Origin: Amoebophrya sp. A120
Lineage: Eukaryota; Protista; Dinoflagellata
Length of the DNA stretch: 64,000 nucleotides
Assembly: GCA_905178155.1 (NCBI GenBank)
Contig: CAJINV010000003.1
Coordinates: 3,047,714-3,111,713, forward strand
Reading direction: 5' to 3'
Shown: piece after piece, positions 10,872 to 23,220 of the stretch
How positions within the stretch are numbered: the first letter of the stretch is position 1
Layout of the letters: each line of letters begins with the position of its first letter
The notes under the pieces: generated by a model
What the model was told of the DNA's origin: nothing
What the model saw: the letters and a program-made list of their open reading frames with translations, nothing else
Databases searched by the model: none
Made by a program: the position numbers and the translations under genes

Positions 10872-12254
10872 GGTGTTTGATAAAAAAGTATAATCTTTTA
10901 TATATTTTTTCTAGCGGTGAAGAAAGATGAGAAACGCTTTGACTACTTAGACGGTACGAGAAAGTCAACTTTTATAACAACATGCGTCGTTTAAATACAT
11001 AAATAGAAAATATCAACAGGCGTTTATATACATAAATGTCAAGCTGCTAGGAACTACTTATGACTTTGCTACTGTGCGACTCTCCTGTTAGTCTAGCTCA
11101 GTCTCCAGAAAGGTCGTGCTCCTCGGAAAAGCTGCTTTCCCTGTCCAGCTGTCTGAAAACAACAAAAGGAAAGATGCGCCTCACTTTTCGGAAAGAAAAT
11201 TACGCGGACACATTTCGTGATCTCCCGTTTGCACTTCACGATTTGCGCGCGTCTGCGTCATCCTTTCGATGAATTATTTACGGACAGTTAGACTTTTCGA
11301 CGGATCTCGCATTTTGTGGTTCGACCTTGATCCGGACATCATGCCTTGCACATCTCTCAAAAATCGGATCATAGATACAAATTCATTTTATTTCTTGGAG
11401 CTTCTTGATTTTGTTTTCAATTACGAACAGGCAGAGTTGAATTAGGTTTGCTTCAGATGCGGCCAGTGACCTCGCAAAATCCGGTAATGAATTTGGTGGT
11501 ATCTTCGGGTTTCCAGACTTATAGGTGCTGCATGCACATCAAATGTATTTTGGTACAAGTGTTCGTTACTGCGAACTATCAATGTCTCAGGTACAAGATC
11601 CATTGAAAAACTTGTGATACAATGGGGAGTCAATGTTTCTTGCAAGCGGGCGTGTCTGTTTCATTTGTTGAGACTAGTACATTTTATCTCGCGCCGACGC
11701 GTACTGTCGTGGGGAAATATTCATTTGCGTCTCTTATAATTTGCACATTGATGTAGTGAAGCGAAGCCACCTGCCTTGCTGTTATGCAAGAGGCGGAGTA
11801 GAACCTGTCCGGTTCTGCGATGCATATCATTAACTTGGTGACTTGTTTTGCAGTAAGTAGATTAATTTGAGAACATGTCCTTCCGTAGTACATTTGAAAA
11901 TAGTTGAGTTGCGCTAGTCAGTCTTTCATGGAAAACGTGGCCCCTCCGCCGTGGTGCGTGAGCCGAACACGGCCCCTTCCGCTCCTTCATCCGTTCGCCG
12001 TCTCCGCAAAGTAGTAATTAGCGGAGTTTCGGTATGCTGCTGAAAGCACGCGCGTGGGTCAGCATATAGTAGACAATGAGAATGGGAAGATTTGTCTTTC
12101 CGTACAGACTTTTAGATGACCTACACCTATTGCACCACAGCTGCAGGGAGAGCGACATCACATCAAGAACTCGAAAACTACATATTCACTCTCACTACTT
12201 GTAGTGGTTGTGTTGCTGCAAGAAGATGATGAAACAGAAACATATGAGGCATCA

Positions 12255-15200
12255 TCACATTGGCAATGGAGTTTTGAATTGGATGTACTTATGCCGACCC
12301 ACAGCCCGCGCTTTTCTGCGTACGAAAAAGGCGTCAAATTCCTCCACCGATCGCGGAACTGCCTCCCCCCGGTCCCGCAAGTACTGCCGCACCTCGGCAA
12401 CCGTATCGCAGTAGACCAAACGATTCCAGAAGTCGCTGCTGATGATCCCCGTGGCGTACCAAAACGCGAACAAGGCCTTGACAGCCATGGTGGGGTGGAC
12501 AATCAGAAACTGCATCCCCGGCAGAATGTACTCGACCGTACGGACAATCTCCCCAAAAAACTGCCGGGAAGCGGGCAGGTATTGTCCCGTGGCGTGTGCA
12601 TACACGAGAAAACACTCCTGGACGAGACGCCCCGGCGCAGGCGTGGCCATCTCGCGAAAGGGCTCGATGCGACCTGTTGTTGTTTCGGATCCGCGGGGGC
12701 CATAGCGCTCGATCGGAGACGAGCATTTTGAAGCTAGTAGTAGTGCAGCTAAGCAGCGACGTCTTAGAGCCAGTAGGCATTCTAGTGGGCCGCGTGATGC
12801 AGGCGCAGGCACGAAAATGCACTGACACGATAACTTTTCAACTACATTTGAACATGATATAGCGCTTAGTGTAAGAAGCTGAAAAACAAGTTAGTACTTG
12901 TGAAGTAGCGCAGCAGCTCCTCTTCGGCGAAGCGTGCGGGTATTTTGTCCCCGAGAAACCACAAGTGCGGCACGTGGTTTTGGCTGTGGTCCACGAGAAA
13001 ATCAAGCTGCTTGGACTGCATATCCCCGCAGTGACGCAGGGAACGGAAGTAGATGCGCGAACACTCCAGCGCGGTTTCAGCCTCCCACATGGTCAGGCTA
13101 AGCCTTCGCTGCGCTACGTGGTCCCAGTCGCCAACAAAGGCTTCGATCAGCTCCCCGTCATCCGACCGGTCGTCTCGCTGATTCTGGGGCGTCCCGTCCT
13201 AAGATGTGACCGGGGGAAAAAATCGATTTCGTGTTCATTATTCAAAATCGCAAAGAGCACCAGACGCGAACCATACTTGACTTGTTTCCAGGATGATCTT
13301 CCCAGTCGTGCTGCAGTTGATCACTGAGTCACACCCTCACAAAGTTCTCTCGCTTTTGGAGATGAGAGGAGCGCTAGGTGAAAAAAAAAATGACAAAAAC
13401 GACTTACGTTCTTTGACGCGTTTCGTACCTTTCCGCGTGTTGTGCGGGCGTCGTCTTCCTTGTCCTGGCGCTTACGAACCATTTTTTTCAGGTGGTCATG
13501 GGATTTGGTGCCACTCCGATTCTCGATGTACTCCCCTGTCTTCGGGTCGCCAAAAAACTGAGCCTGGAGGAGCATGTGCCGCTCGCGCGCCCGCTGTTGG
13601 GGATCTGTAGTAAACGTTTTCGCAACTGGCGGCTGTTCTTACATCCACTTGTTCCGACTTCTTCTCTGCAAACAAGCGCAACTACACCAGGACCAGGAGG
13701 ATTGTTTTAGTTTGACACACAGATGAAATAAACAGTAACAGACACACTCGGAGCCGACGTGCAAAATGCAATAGGCGCATATTGTCCAGAACCATTTATG
13801 CAGTAGCGGAAATGAAGACAAGTAGACCGGTAAAATTTTACCCAGCGGGGGAGCCTGCACGCCGCTCGTCCTTTCTGCCGCAGGAGCAAGTGACGGATCA
13901 TCGTTCTGGTGCAAGCTGTCTTCATCGTTCTGGAGGTTCTCCAGCCCGATCCACGCGTTTAATTCTTGGAATAGGATGAGGGAGCCCTCCTTGGGGAACC
14001 GTGGGAAGTACACTTTCAGTAGCTGCTTCGTCAACTCGATGTGATCCGAGAACGGGGACACGAGGATCACGTCCTCGATATTATTGGGCAACAAGTCCAG
14101 CCACCGGCGCACCGTGCGCAGCAGGATGTGGACGCTCTCCTTAAGCGGGTAGTTTTTTCGCACGGAGTAGCAAATCGGAATTGCGATGGACTTCAGTTTC
14201 AGTTCGTCGGCCATCTTCAGCATCTCCCGGACCTGCGGAGTGTAGCTACAACTTCTGTGGCTTATCATTTGTTCAGTTTTAGACGACAGCGGAGCGGCTA
14301 CCGAGAGAAGAAAAAGAACCGAAGCACCTACGTTGAGAGATCAATATCGTGTGGCTCAGCACAAAAAAAAAATGTCTCAACAAGAAGTTGTTACTTACAC
14401 AGACATGCCACGTGTGCCTCGCTGCTTTTTTGTACTTGACCGTGTACCGGGGGCCCGAGAAGAGCAGCAGCTTCCGACAGAGCAAATTTCCGAAATTTCC
14501 CTTCATGTGAACAACTTCGCCACCGCGGAGGAGTTTCGAAGGCTGCGTCAACGTCGTATCTCCGTCCGCAGAGTTGACCAGGATTGTGTGTCCCACGTCC
14601 CGCGGATTCCAATTGCGTGAGAGCGTGCGACCTGGCCCGCCGAAGGACGACGTCCCCCCGTCCCCATGGTGGTAGCCACCCCCTCCGCCGTGGGGATTCC
14701 CGTAAATTTGATTCTGCGTCTCGAAGCCGTCCGTATGTATCGCACGAAAAAACTGTTTCACTGTGGTGATTTTGCAAAATCTGCATCACAAGTTTGTTAC
14801 GCGTGACACTGAAAATCTGTCATGCGGAGTTCCTAAGGGAAAACACAGCTAGAAATCCATTGTCTTGCATGTGTGGCATGACACACACTTCTGCGATCCA
14901 TTTTCTGCATCACAAGTTCACAGTGAAACAGTTTTTTCTTGCGATAGTATGCCCAAAGAAGTCAATGCTGTCTTCTGACACCAGCGTAGAGAGCATCTGA
15001 CTCCCGGAGTGCAAGCTCATCACGTGGTGATACCTTTGATTGTGGAAAAAATTGCGACGACAACTAGTATTCACGAAAACCTCTGCGCTGTGCTGCTCTA
15101 CTCTACGCAGCTGCGGGAATAATTGTGGTTCGGATCCAGCCTTTACGTCCTTCTTCTTGTTTTTCCAAAAACTACGAGCATGCACAACTCTTCACATGGG

Positions 15201-16128
15201 CCTCGAGGGTACTACTACTTATCAAAGCAGAGTACTCTTTGAGAACGTTTCGCACCCCAGCGACTGGCAGGAGGGAGCAGGGGTTTTCACGCGCTTCGGG
15301 ATTTCCGAGTGGGCTGAAATCGGAGGGGTGCGACCCCCCGGACTGGAAGCGTCCGGATGGCTGGTTCTGGTTGCTGGTGGAACGGGTTGCGCTGTTCGCG
15401 TCATCTTCATCCCCGATGTAATACTGCTGCGCGTTCTGGATAATTACCGGCGGAGCAGGTGGAGCACCTCCTGCTCCTGCACCCCCTCCGTAATTGTACA
15501 CAGCATTTGCGTTCGACGGCGCGAGCGGGTGGTTGCCGTAGAAGTTGTTTCCGCCGCTGCTACTGCTGCTGCTAGCGCTGCTACTGGACCCACCGTAGGC
15601 GGTCGACCGATCGTCCACAATATGCGACTGCGAACCCGCATCCTGGTTGTACTTGTTGCGGCTGGGGGAATTCCTAGGAGAATCCGTGGGCGGAAATGCG
15701 TACGAAACATCCAACGTCAGTGCATGTGCGTCCAAGCTGCATATGTCGCCCTGTTGTAATGTCGATTCGTCGGCGCATTGAGTATGATAAAAAAAATAAT
15801 GGTCCAAGAACCTACAAGAAGAAAAAGCGTGTGCGACAACGACAAGGCGCTTGATGGTCCGGCGCTGCACATCATGAAGAACCTGATAAAGCTTAATCCG
15901 CTTGCAGGGGCGGACGTCGACCTGGAAAGGATTTTCCAGTTCCTCCGCCCCGATTGCATTGTCGTCTGACTTTGCCTCGTCCTCTCTGCGCGCCAGATCC
16001 GCCCAGGTGGGCAGGTTTCGCACGGATACCTGTTGGTCTTCGCGCTGTCGGTAGTCGTCGACAAAGTCGGCCCCGGGGGCCTCCGGATCGAAGATCGACG
16101 ACAGGGCACTGGATACTATGTCCGTCAT
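12255..16128 (-). CDS. GDAP2: GDAP2-like protein (macro domain plus CRAL-TRIO/BCH domain), multi-exon
   Basis: Macro N-terminus PFQVDVRPCKRIKLYQ|GDICSLD (GT-AG intron 15751-15882), GPRYTVKY, LKSIAIPICYSVRKNYPLKESVHILLRTVRRWL, and C-terminal FLIVHPTMAVKALF...FWNRLVYCDTV. Confidence 0.8.
14738..14946. mobile_element. Introner with family-A-like ends
   Basis: 28-bp TIR TATCGCACGAAAAAACTGTTTCACTGTG / CACAGTGAAACAGTTTTTTCTTGCGATA. GTATG at 14733-14737 and 14947-14951. Excision gives IDFFGHTDGFE. Confidence 0.93.
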
Positions 16129-16855
16129 GCCTGGACACTGTGCTCGTCGATTTGTCGGTTGACGAGGGCCGCGCAGAACCTGCCGCTAGTACTAGTCGCG
16201 TGCTGCTGGTGCTGACATCGTATTCTAGTCGTGGTCGCGCCGATGTGTTGTCGTGGTGGTCCCCGACTTGAGGCCGACAAGGCTTTTCTGGTCCTGTTAC
16301 AAACAGAGCATGCATTTAGTCTCAGACAAAAGTACTGCCTGGTATCAATTCGTTCTGGAGATAATTTCTCGTGATATCCCTATCGTATCTAGTACCCCGC
16401 GGCGCTCCGAGAAGGAGGCGCTGCACTCTTCCTAATCATGCTCGCCTTGGATCAGGATCTTTGGCAACGTGGACGCTGCATTTGACGCACGAAGTCTTAC
16501 AGAGTAACTTGCACGACGCGGTTGCACTGCAATGGGTACTATGACAAGAGCCTGGTCCGTTTTCTCTCTCACGAAAAACGTGCAACCGAAGGAGGTCCAA
16601 GAATTTGTAGTGCAAGTAAGTGACGAGAAGCAAATGCCGCAGACGCAAACTGCTTGCAGTGTTGGACGACGCTGAAGTCTTCTTCACAGCTGCAATTCTG
16701 AATGGAAAAGAAAACCGCATCGAAGATATTGCGATGCTACGCACGAAAAGTTTCAGATTGCAAATAAAGGTTCTTCAACAGTCGGCGTTTGAAAAACTCG
16801 GTGTTCATCTCCCTCGAAGAAGTCAGAGTAAAACAGATAAATCAGACGCGCGACC

Positions 16856-19232
16856 TCAGCCAAATAAATCCAGGTCAATGTCATTCGGCTTATTTTCGGC
16901 CTTCTGCTTTTCTGCCTCCCGATCGGTAAGAATGATCTGGGGGCTGGTTGGTATCTTTGGCTGTGGAAAGCTCGCTGGAAAAGCGTCATTGTTCGCGTTC
17001 GCAAATAGATCTGCACCTCCTGCGCCAGGTTGTACTAGGGCACCCCCTCCAAGCAGGTCGTTGCCTGTTGCTCCGTGGTCCTGCGAGGCACCAAACGGCT
17101 GGAAACCGGAAAACCCGGGTGTGGCATGGGGGGCAGACTGATGTGCGGGGACCGCCGCGGGGAAGCCGCCCAACAAGTCGTTTCCGCCCGCAGAAAAAAA
17201 TTCTGCCGTCGGGGCGGAGGGCGCGGACGGAGCCCCACCAAACGCTCCGAAATCCGCGTCAAAACCAACGCTGCCGGTAGCAAAGCCATCGTTGCCTCCA
17301 AGGAGATCTTCTCCGCCCGCCGAGCCTGACGCAGGCGGTCCACCACCTTTTTGTGATGAGAGGTAGTACGAGAGAACTCGATATTCATCATTTCAGTGAT
17401 AGATTATGCAACACATTTGTTGTTCCAGATGCTTGAGTGATACTATACATGTTTGAGATCCTCACTTAAGCCGCTGTTTGTTCCTCTTGTAAATTGCTTT
17501 CGAGCTGCTAAACCATTTTTGCATGTTCAAGTATAAATTTGAGGCTCACGAAGTAGAGAAGCAAACTTCACAGCTAAACCCACCTGAGAGGAGATCTATT
17601 CCACCGCCGGCACTCGAGCTAGCAGCCTGAGATTTGCCGCCACTGGAAAAGAAATCCGCGTCGCCGAAGAAGTCATTGCTGGGTGCGGGAGCGGAAGCAG
17701 GAACCGCGTCACCGCCGAGAAGGTCGATCTCGCCTCCACCACCACCAAAAGATCTGTAGACAGTTCATATCACGGACTTGATACCATGTACATCATGTCA
17801 AACATCTTTTTCAAACAATGAATCCGCTCAACAAGTTTCATCTTGAGGCAAGAAAAAGACTGGCTGCACTAAAACCTTTTCGAGGAGCTGCTAGCATGCT
17901 GCGAGCCGAAGTTGCCAAAGTCCTCGTCGGAGGGCTTTTTTCTGACCGGCGCCATGACAGGCGCGTTGCTCGGTGCGCCGAGACGTGGAATCGGCGCGGA
18001 ACTGGATACTTTCGGTGCTTCAAGCAAAGACACCTTTCCCTTTCCAGGACTCATGTCGAGAAGGTCCTCTGTCGTGTCTGCGTTTGATGTTCCAGCAAAA
18101 TTTGCAAACCCTCCATTGATGTTCCCCGGCTCGGCTTCCAACAATGTCCCGTTCGCCGGTGACGCCCTGATGAATTTATTGAGAAGCACATGCAGCTGCA
18201 CATCGATGAATTATTACGCGCAGGATTCCGACGAGCAAAGGTCTTCGTTGTGCTGCCGTGGAAGGGCTAACATTGTTGTTGTCAGAAAACACGTTGAAGA
18301 ATAGAACCTCCGTGAAGCTGCTACGCGTAGTAAAATAGTATTTCTGTAGTTGAAAAATCTCTTCTTTACATACTTGGCATTTTCCAGTTCCTCTTCTCGT
18401 TCTTCGAGTTGTTTCTTTCGCTCGTACTCGTGCTCCATTTGCGCGGATTTCACCTTCTGAAACCGCTCGTCAAACGCCTTTTCAAAGCCCTTGTCCCCAC
18501 GCACGTTGACCTTGCCCTGAAAGGGTTTCTGCTCCAGGATCTTCACGCCGTCCTTCGTCCGCAGAGACACCCATCCGTACACAGGTTGGATCTGCGAGAT
18601 TACAGGATATTATCATATCTAGACATCTGCCATGTAGAAGTCTCCACCGCTACTAGCGGTGAAGACTTCTCTATCATATCTAGTACTAGCGGTCCGCTAG
18701 TACTAGTATAAGGCTACATTACAACGCCTACAATCAAACAGCACGCTCCGACGCGGAATAATTTCAGGGATACGACGATGATGTTTTGGCACACTTAAGT
18801 ACTTACCATTCGTGCCCTGCGACCAACCACCTCCACGATGGTGACCGTTTCAGCGTAGTTGAGCTGGTGGACCTGCGCAGTGGTGGTGTCGTAACCTTCC
18901 CGCACGAGCGCACCCCCACGGTGACAAACCTTAAACTTTACCGGGTTCTCCAGGGTCGGGTGCTGTTCTTCAACCATCTTTGAGACCTGTTGAACGAGAT
19001 TTGTTACAATTAATATCCCCTGTAGGGTTACTTTTTTATGAGTATTTCTAATGTAATCCGTTGTGTCCTGGCTCGCAGCAACCGAAGAAACAGCAGCCGT
19101 TAACGTCAGGGTCAGCTGCCCTACCACCTAAAAGAAAGAAGCACTCACCGCATGGTCGATTTTGTGGACGATTTTGTGGCCAAGATTGGCCAGCTTGTCC
19201 TTGATGATAGCACTGTGCGTCAAGTTGTTCAT
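16856..19232 (-). CDS. Multi-exon protein: SH3-like domain, coiled coil, and disordered DLL/DxF-rich tail (possible trafficking adaptor)
   Basis: Exons join through GT-AG introns: MNNLTHSAII...DHA|VSKMVEEQ...GGALVREGYD...VTIVEVVGRRARM|IQPVYGWVSLRTKDGVKILEQ. Tail contains EDLLD, IDLLGG, NDLLGG and ends IDLDLFG*. Confidence 0.7.
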
Positions 19233-19412
19233 CTTTTTTACGGCCTGGAGCTGGAGCCTGCACCGTAGTGGAAGTTGAACTTCTACTGCGTATGTTCGCA
19301 CGAGACGCTACCTCGCAATTTCGTGTCCACGATCTTCTCTGCTTCCCACGGAACAGGGATCGATGTAGAGCAGTCGCGGGGCACCTGGAGCACAGTTGGA
19401 TCGATGTAAATT

Positions 19413-20527
19413 GGCACTGAACCACATCGACAAAGACTTTTTCGGGAAATTGCCCAGTGACCCAGTTGAGATCGAGTTCAAACAGTGCCGGCGTTGTGGC
19501 TAAATGTGTCGCGGGCGTTCGTATAAATGTTCAGAGTTACTCCTGGTCCTGCTAGAACGAGCGCCCCAGTTGTGCTTTTTGCAGCTGAAAAGCGCGCAAA
19601 GGAAAAAGGCGCACTTTTTCAGCTGAAAAAAACCGCCAAGACGCTTTGTTCGAGCGCGAATTCATGGCTCAACTTCCAGCCCCGGCGAGACTCGAGAAGT
19701 GCGAAGATGATGAGCAACACATCGAGATTGAACCAAGATCGAGCGGAGAGCAAGCTGGAACCGAGTTGGGATGTAGTTGAGATCGAGCTGACATCGAGTT
19801 GGCATCGAGTTGGCAACATCGAGTTGGCATCGAGTTGAGACCGAATCGAGACCGAGTTGAGACCGAGTTGAGATCGAGTTGAGACCGAGTTGAGATTTTC
19901 ACTTTTTTGTCAGCCCAAATGTGCTTTTTTTCAGCTGAAAAAAAGCGCAAAGGTGCAATTTTTCAGCTGAAAAAAAGCGCCGCGCGATTTTTCAGCTGAA
20001 AAAAAGCTTGTTCCTTTTTTCAGTGAAAAAAGAGTGAAAATCTCAACTCGAGGATGGCTCGATCTCAACTCGATCTCAAGTCGATCTCAAGTCGATCTCA
20101 ACTCGGTCGGTCGCAACTCGATTCCAGCGAGCGCGATCGCAACTCGGTCTCAACTTTTACTTTGTCCGTGCCCACTCGGTCTCAACTTACTCTCGATTCG
20201 ATCTCGACGGAGTGGAAACATTGCAGCTTTTTTCACCTGAAAAAAAGCTCGCCCTGAATATGCAAGATCCAGATTTACTGCCCACCCGGTCGAGCACGAG
20301 GGAGCTCATCCTCATGCTTTGGACAGAAGCAACGGTCGTGGGGACGCACAAAAGCACCTTGCACAGCTATCCTATCCACCTACACGCGCGGACGCTTGTT
20401 CTGGAAATTTTGGGCACTAGAAGCGTCGCTGCTAATGAATGCCCAGATCATGCAAATTTCGACTCGATCTCAACTCGGGTCTTAAGTCAATCTCAACTTT
20501 TTTACTTTGTCGAAGTGGTTCAGTGCC
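19413..20527. mobile_element. Non-autonomous foldback/MITE-like element, ~1.1 kb
   Basis: 23-bp TIR GGCACTGAACCACWTCGACAAAG with one mismatch. Internal GAGTTGAGAYC arrays (~19770-19895) mirrored by GATCTCAACTC arrays (~20040-20210), plus repeated TTTTCAGCTGAAAA palindromes. Flanked by a 34-bp direct repeat. Confidence 0.85.
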
Positions 20528-21347
20528 TATGTAGAGCAGTCGCGGGGCACCTGGAGCACAGTCGGTCGCTACTCTACCGTTTGCTGCCAAGCTGCTGCCA
20601 CTTCTAGACGGGCACTACCGTCAACAGTCGCAGGGACGAACTCGCCAATAGTGGTGCGCGGTAGAAGAATCTGGTAGCGTAGCGGAGCGGAACCAAACAC
20701 GCACCAGCGCAAAGGAGCAAACTCACGGTCGCTGGACCAAATCCTCTATATCTTTAGAAGCCTGTAGTCAGCTGCTCGGACAGTAGCGACGCCGACGCTT
20801 TAGACCCTACGTAAGTACTCAAATATCGGAGCGTCATACGGGAAGTAAGTAAACATGCGAGAACTGCCATCTAAAATTGCGATTGCCCAGAGTACAAGCG
20901 CTTGTGAGATAAAACGGAGGCTCTTTCCTCAGAAAACCGTATAGACCTCGAAAGATGTGAAGCCCCCGCTTCTGCCGTGCCCCCTAAGAAAGAATAACAA
21001 GCCTCAACCTCGTGTGGTGCATATTACATGTCTGTGGATTCTCTTTTGCGATTTTTGAATACCAACAGCAAGGTTGCCGTGGGAAGTGTAGCCCTCCGAA
21101 CACGAAAACTTCTGCAACAAATTAGGCCGCGCTGCTACTCAGCTGGCGGACCTTGGATGGATTTGGTAGTTCCTTTTTCCGATAAACGGAGACAACAAAA
21201 AGTAGTTCTAGTTCAGTGGCTGCGAAGATTGGTACAAAATTGTACATTGCTACGTTCACGTCATGCCGCACTAGCATTATACAGACGCAGAAAGAGAAAG
21301 TGAAACCTGATAAAACGCCCTGTGTGTAGAATGAAGTAGGTTTTTGT

Positions 21348-22547
21348 TTATACAAAGTTAAGTACAATACGTAGCACGTCTTCGGGTATGCTTCGGAAAG
21401 ACGCTACCAAGAGGCGCTCACCGCTCAGCTGTGAAACAAGATCTCTTTGCTTGTTGCTGCGCAAGTTCCAGCGTGGGTGCGGTGTCTTGGGACTTTCGTC
21501 GCCTTGCTGCGATGCGGCTGCAACGACGGCAAGCGGCGCTGCGGACGGTTCTTGCGGCGCTGCAGTGGCGCCCTCGATGTCCTGCACTTCTGCCACTGAT
21601 CGTCCTTCCGGTCTTTCGCCCTGCTCCGTACGTGTCGTGTTTTGTCGAGTAGGAAGAACTTCCTGTGGAGAAAGCGAGCTCTTGCGTGGTCCCCTCCAGA
21701 GGAGCAATAACGGTCCTCGACGGAACCAGTTGGCCTCGCGCCGCACGGCCACAGGGAGCGCCTGCAGGTGTTGTATCAAGATCGGTTCGTGCAGCAAAGC
21801 AGGCTCACTCGTGGTGAAAAGCTGCAACAGGTCGGACAGAATCTTCAGACATTCGTCGTTCACTTCGCAAGAAACCTGCTCCGCGAGCTCCGCGAGAAAA
21901 ACGACAACAGCTTCAAACACCGGGCGCTTCCTCCAGTTCTTGGGCACGAGTGGCAACGCGACCCGCGGCGTGCCCGTGCGCACATTCACCAGGTGCACAC
22001 TGGCACCGAACCTGGTGACGAGAAGCGTGGCCAGCTCCTGACACCGACCCACCGCGCGGAGCACGCCCCGGTCTGTAGCAGTCATAGTCCGGCGAGGTAC
22101 AACGGGTGCTTGCTGGACTACATGTAGTGTGTTCAACATCGTCCGGTCGGGGACGAGGTCGTCGTGCACCTCCTTGTCACGACCGGCAGCGTCGTCATCA
22201 TCACCAATTATTCGGTCAGCATCGTCGTCTTCGCGAGAGGACTGTTGCGGTGCTCGTCCTCCAATTATACCAGCATTGACGCCCTGCTCCCTAGTTTGGA
22301 GATGCGGAAGGTGGTGGATCAACTTCGTCTTTCGCTCCTCAAGCACAACGATGTCCGCAATGCACTGCAACAGCAGTCGCATGACAGCCCCCAGCGCGGT
22401 CTGATTTTCCCGCATCGGACTGCGCGCGTTCACCAATTTGCGGTAGGCTTTTTCCTGTAGCAAACGCTCGACACGGGAAACATCTGCCCGCTCGCAAGCG
22501 TCAATCAACCTATTAGTCCGAATCAGTAACGAAGCATCCGACATCAT
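21348..22547 (-). CDS. Hypothetical protein with N-terminal ankyrin-like segment (399 aa)
   Basis: LIDACERADVSRVERLL...VNARSPMRENQTAL resembles an ankyrin repeat. Single long ORF. Confidence 0.7.
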   Translation of the reverse strand: MMSDASLLIRTNRLIDACERADVSRVERLLQEKAYRKLVNARSPMRENQTALGAVMRLLLQCIADIVVLEERKTKLIHHLPHLQTREQGVNAGIIGGRAPQQSSREDDDADRIIGDDDDAAGRDKEVHDDLVPDRTMLNTLHVVQQAPVVPRRTMTATDRGVLRAVGRCQELATLLVTRFGASVHLVNVRTGTPRVALPLVPKNWRKRPVFEAVVVFLAELAEQVSCEVNDECLKILSDLLQLFTTSEPALLHEPILIQHLQALPVAVRREANWFRRGPLLLLWRGPRKSSLSPQEVLPTRQNTTRTEQGERPEGRSVAEVQDIEGATAAPQEPSAAPLAVVAAASQQGDESPKTPHPRWNLRSNKQRDLVSQLSGERLLVASFRSIPEDVLRIVLNFV

Positions 22548-23220
22548 GCTTTTGACGGGTAGAAGCTTTGTTTTTTCTCACCTGTGACTCCGGATTTTTT
22601 AGGAAAATTGCCTAAAAAGATTCAGACATTTTTTCGCCAATAAGCCTGCGTACTGTCAGAATAAAAATGAAGACGTGCTTGCTTTTAAATGGGCCAAAAA
22701 AAAAGTTGAATGAGAACCGCAGCGCTCCTCACACTGCCTTTCTTACAAGGCCAATCCTCCGCGCGCCCCGCTCTCGAAGTCGAAAACAAACGAGCCGACC
22801 TAGCCGATTACAGGGCAAAAACCTATAGCGAAACGAGGCCATGGCGAAATCCCCGGAGAAAATGAGTACTCGAATCCGTATACAATGTGAAGACGAACTT
22901 GTCGAAGTATACATCAAGCACGAGCACGACTTGACGAACGAACCTGTACTTAACCGATAGACAGTGACGATAAAGTAGGTAGTCGAAACGATATAAATAC
23001 TTAGTTATGCTCTCAAGGTCGAAATCGAACAAAAGTAGAAGCTCAGGCCCCTGCCATTGTTCTGGCACGAGTTAAGCAGCAGGGTGCGATAAATCTATTG
23101 ATTCTATTGAGTCTACTTGCGCTCTATGGTACTTATGTAGACGTGAATCTTGGATGTTGTTCGTGGTCGCTCAGCGGACAATTTATTCCTTGTTGGAGCT
23201 TTTTAGCCAGGAGAACGGCC

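Noticed and set aside
10900-12150. Gene or pseudogene in the intergenic stretch
   Set aside because: Short ORFs with no recognisable motif or consistent splice pattern.
19128-19148. 21-nt GT-AG mini-intron
   Set aside because: The same donor more plausibly joins the CAG acceptor near 18988, giving a cleaner protein. Unresolved without RNA.
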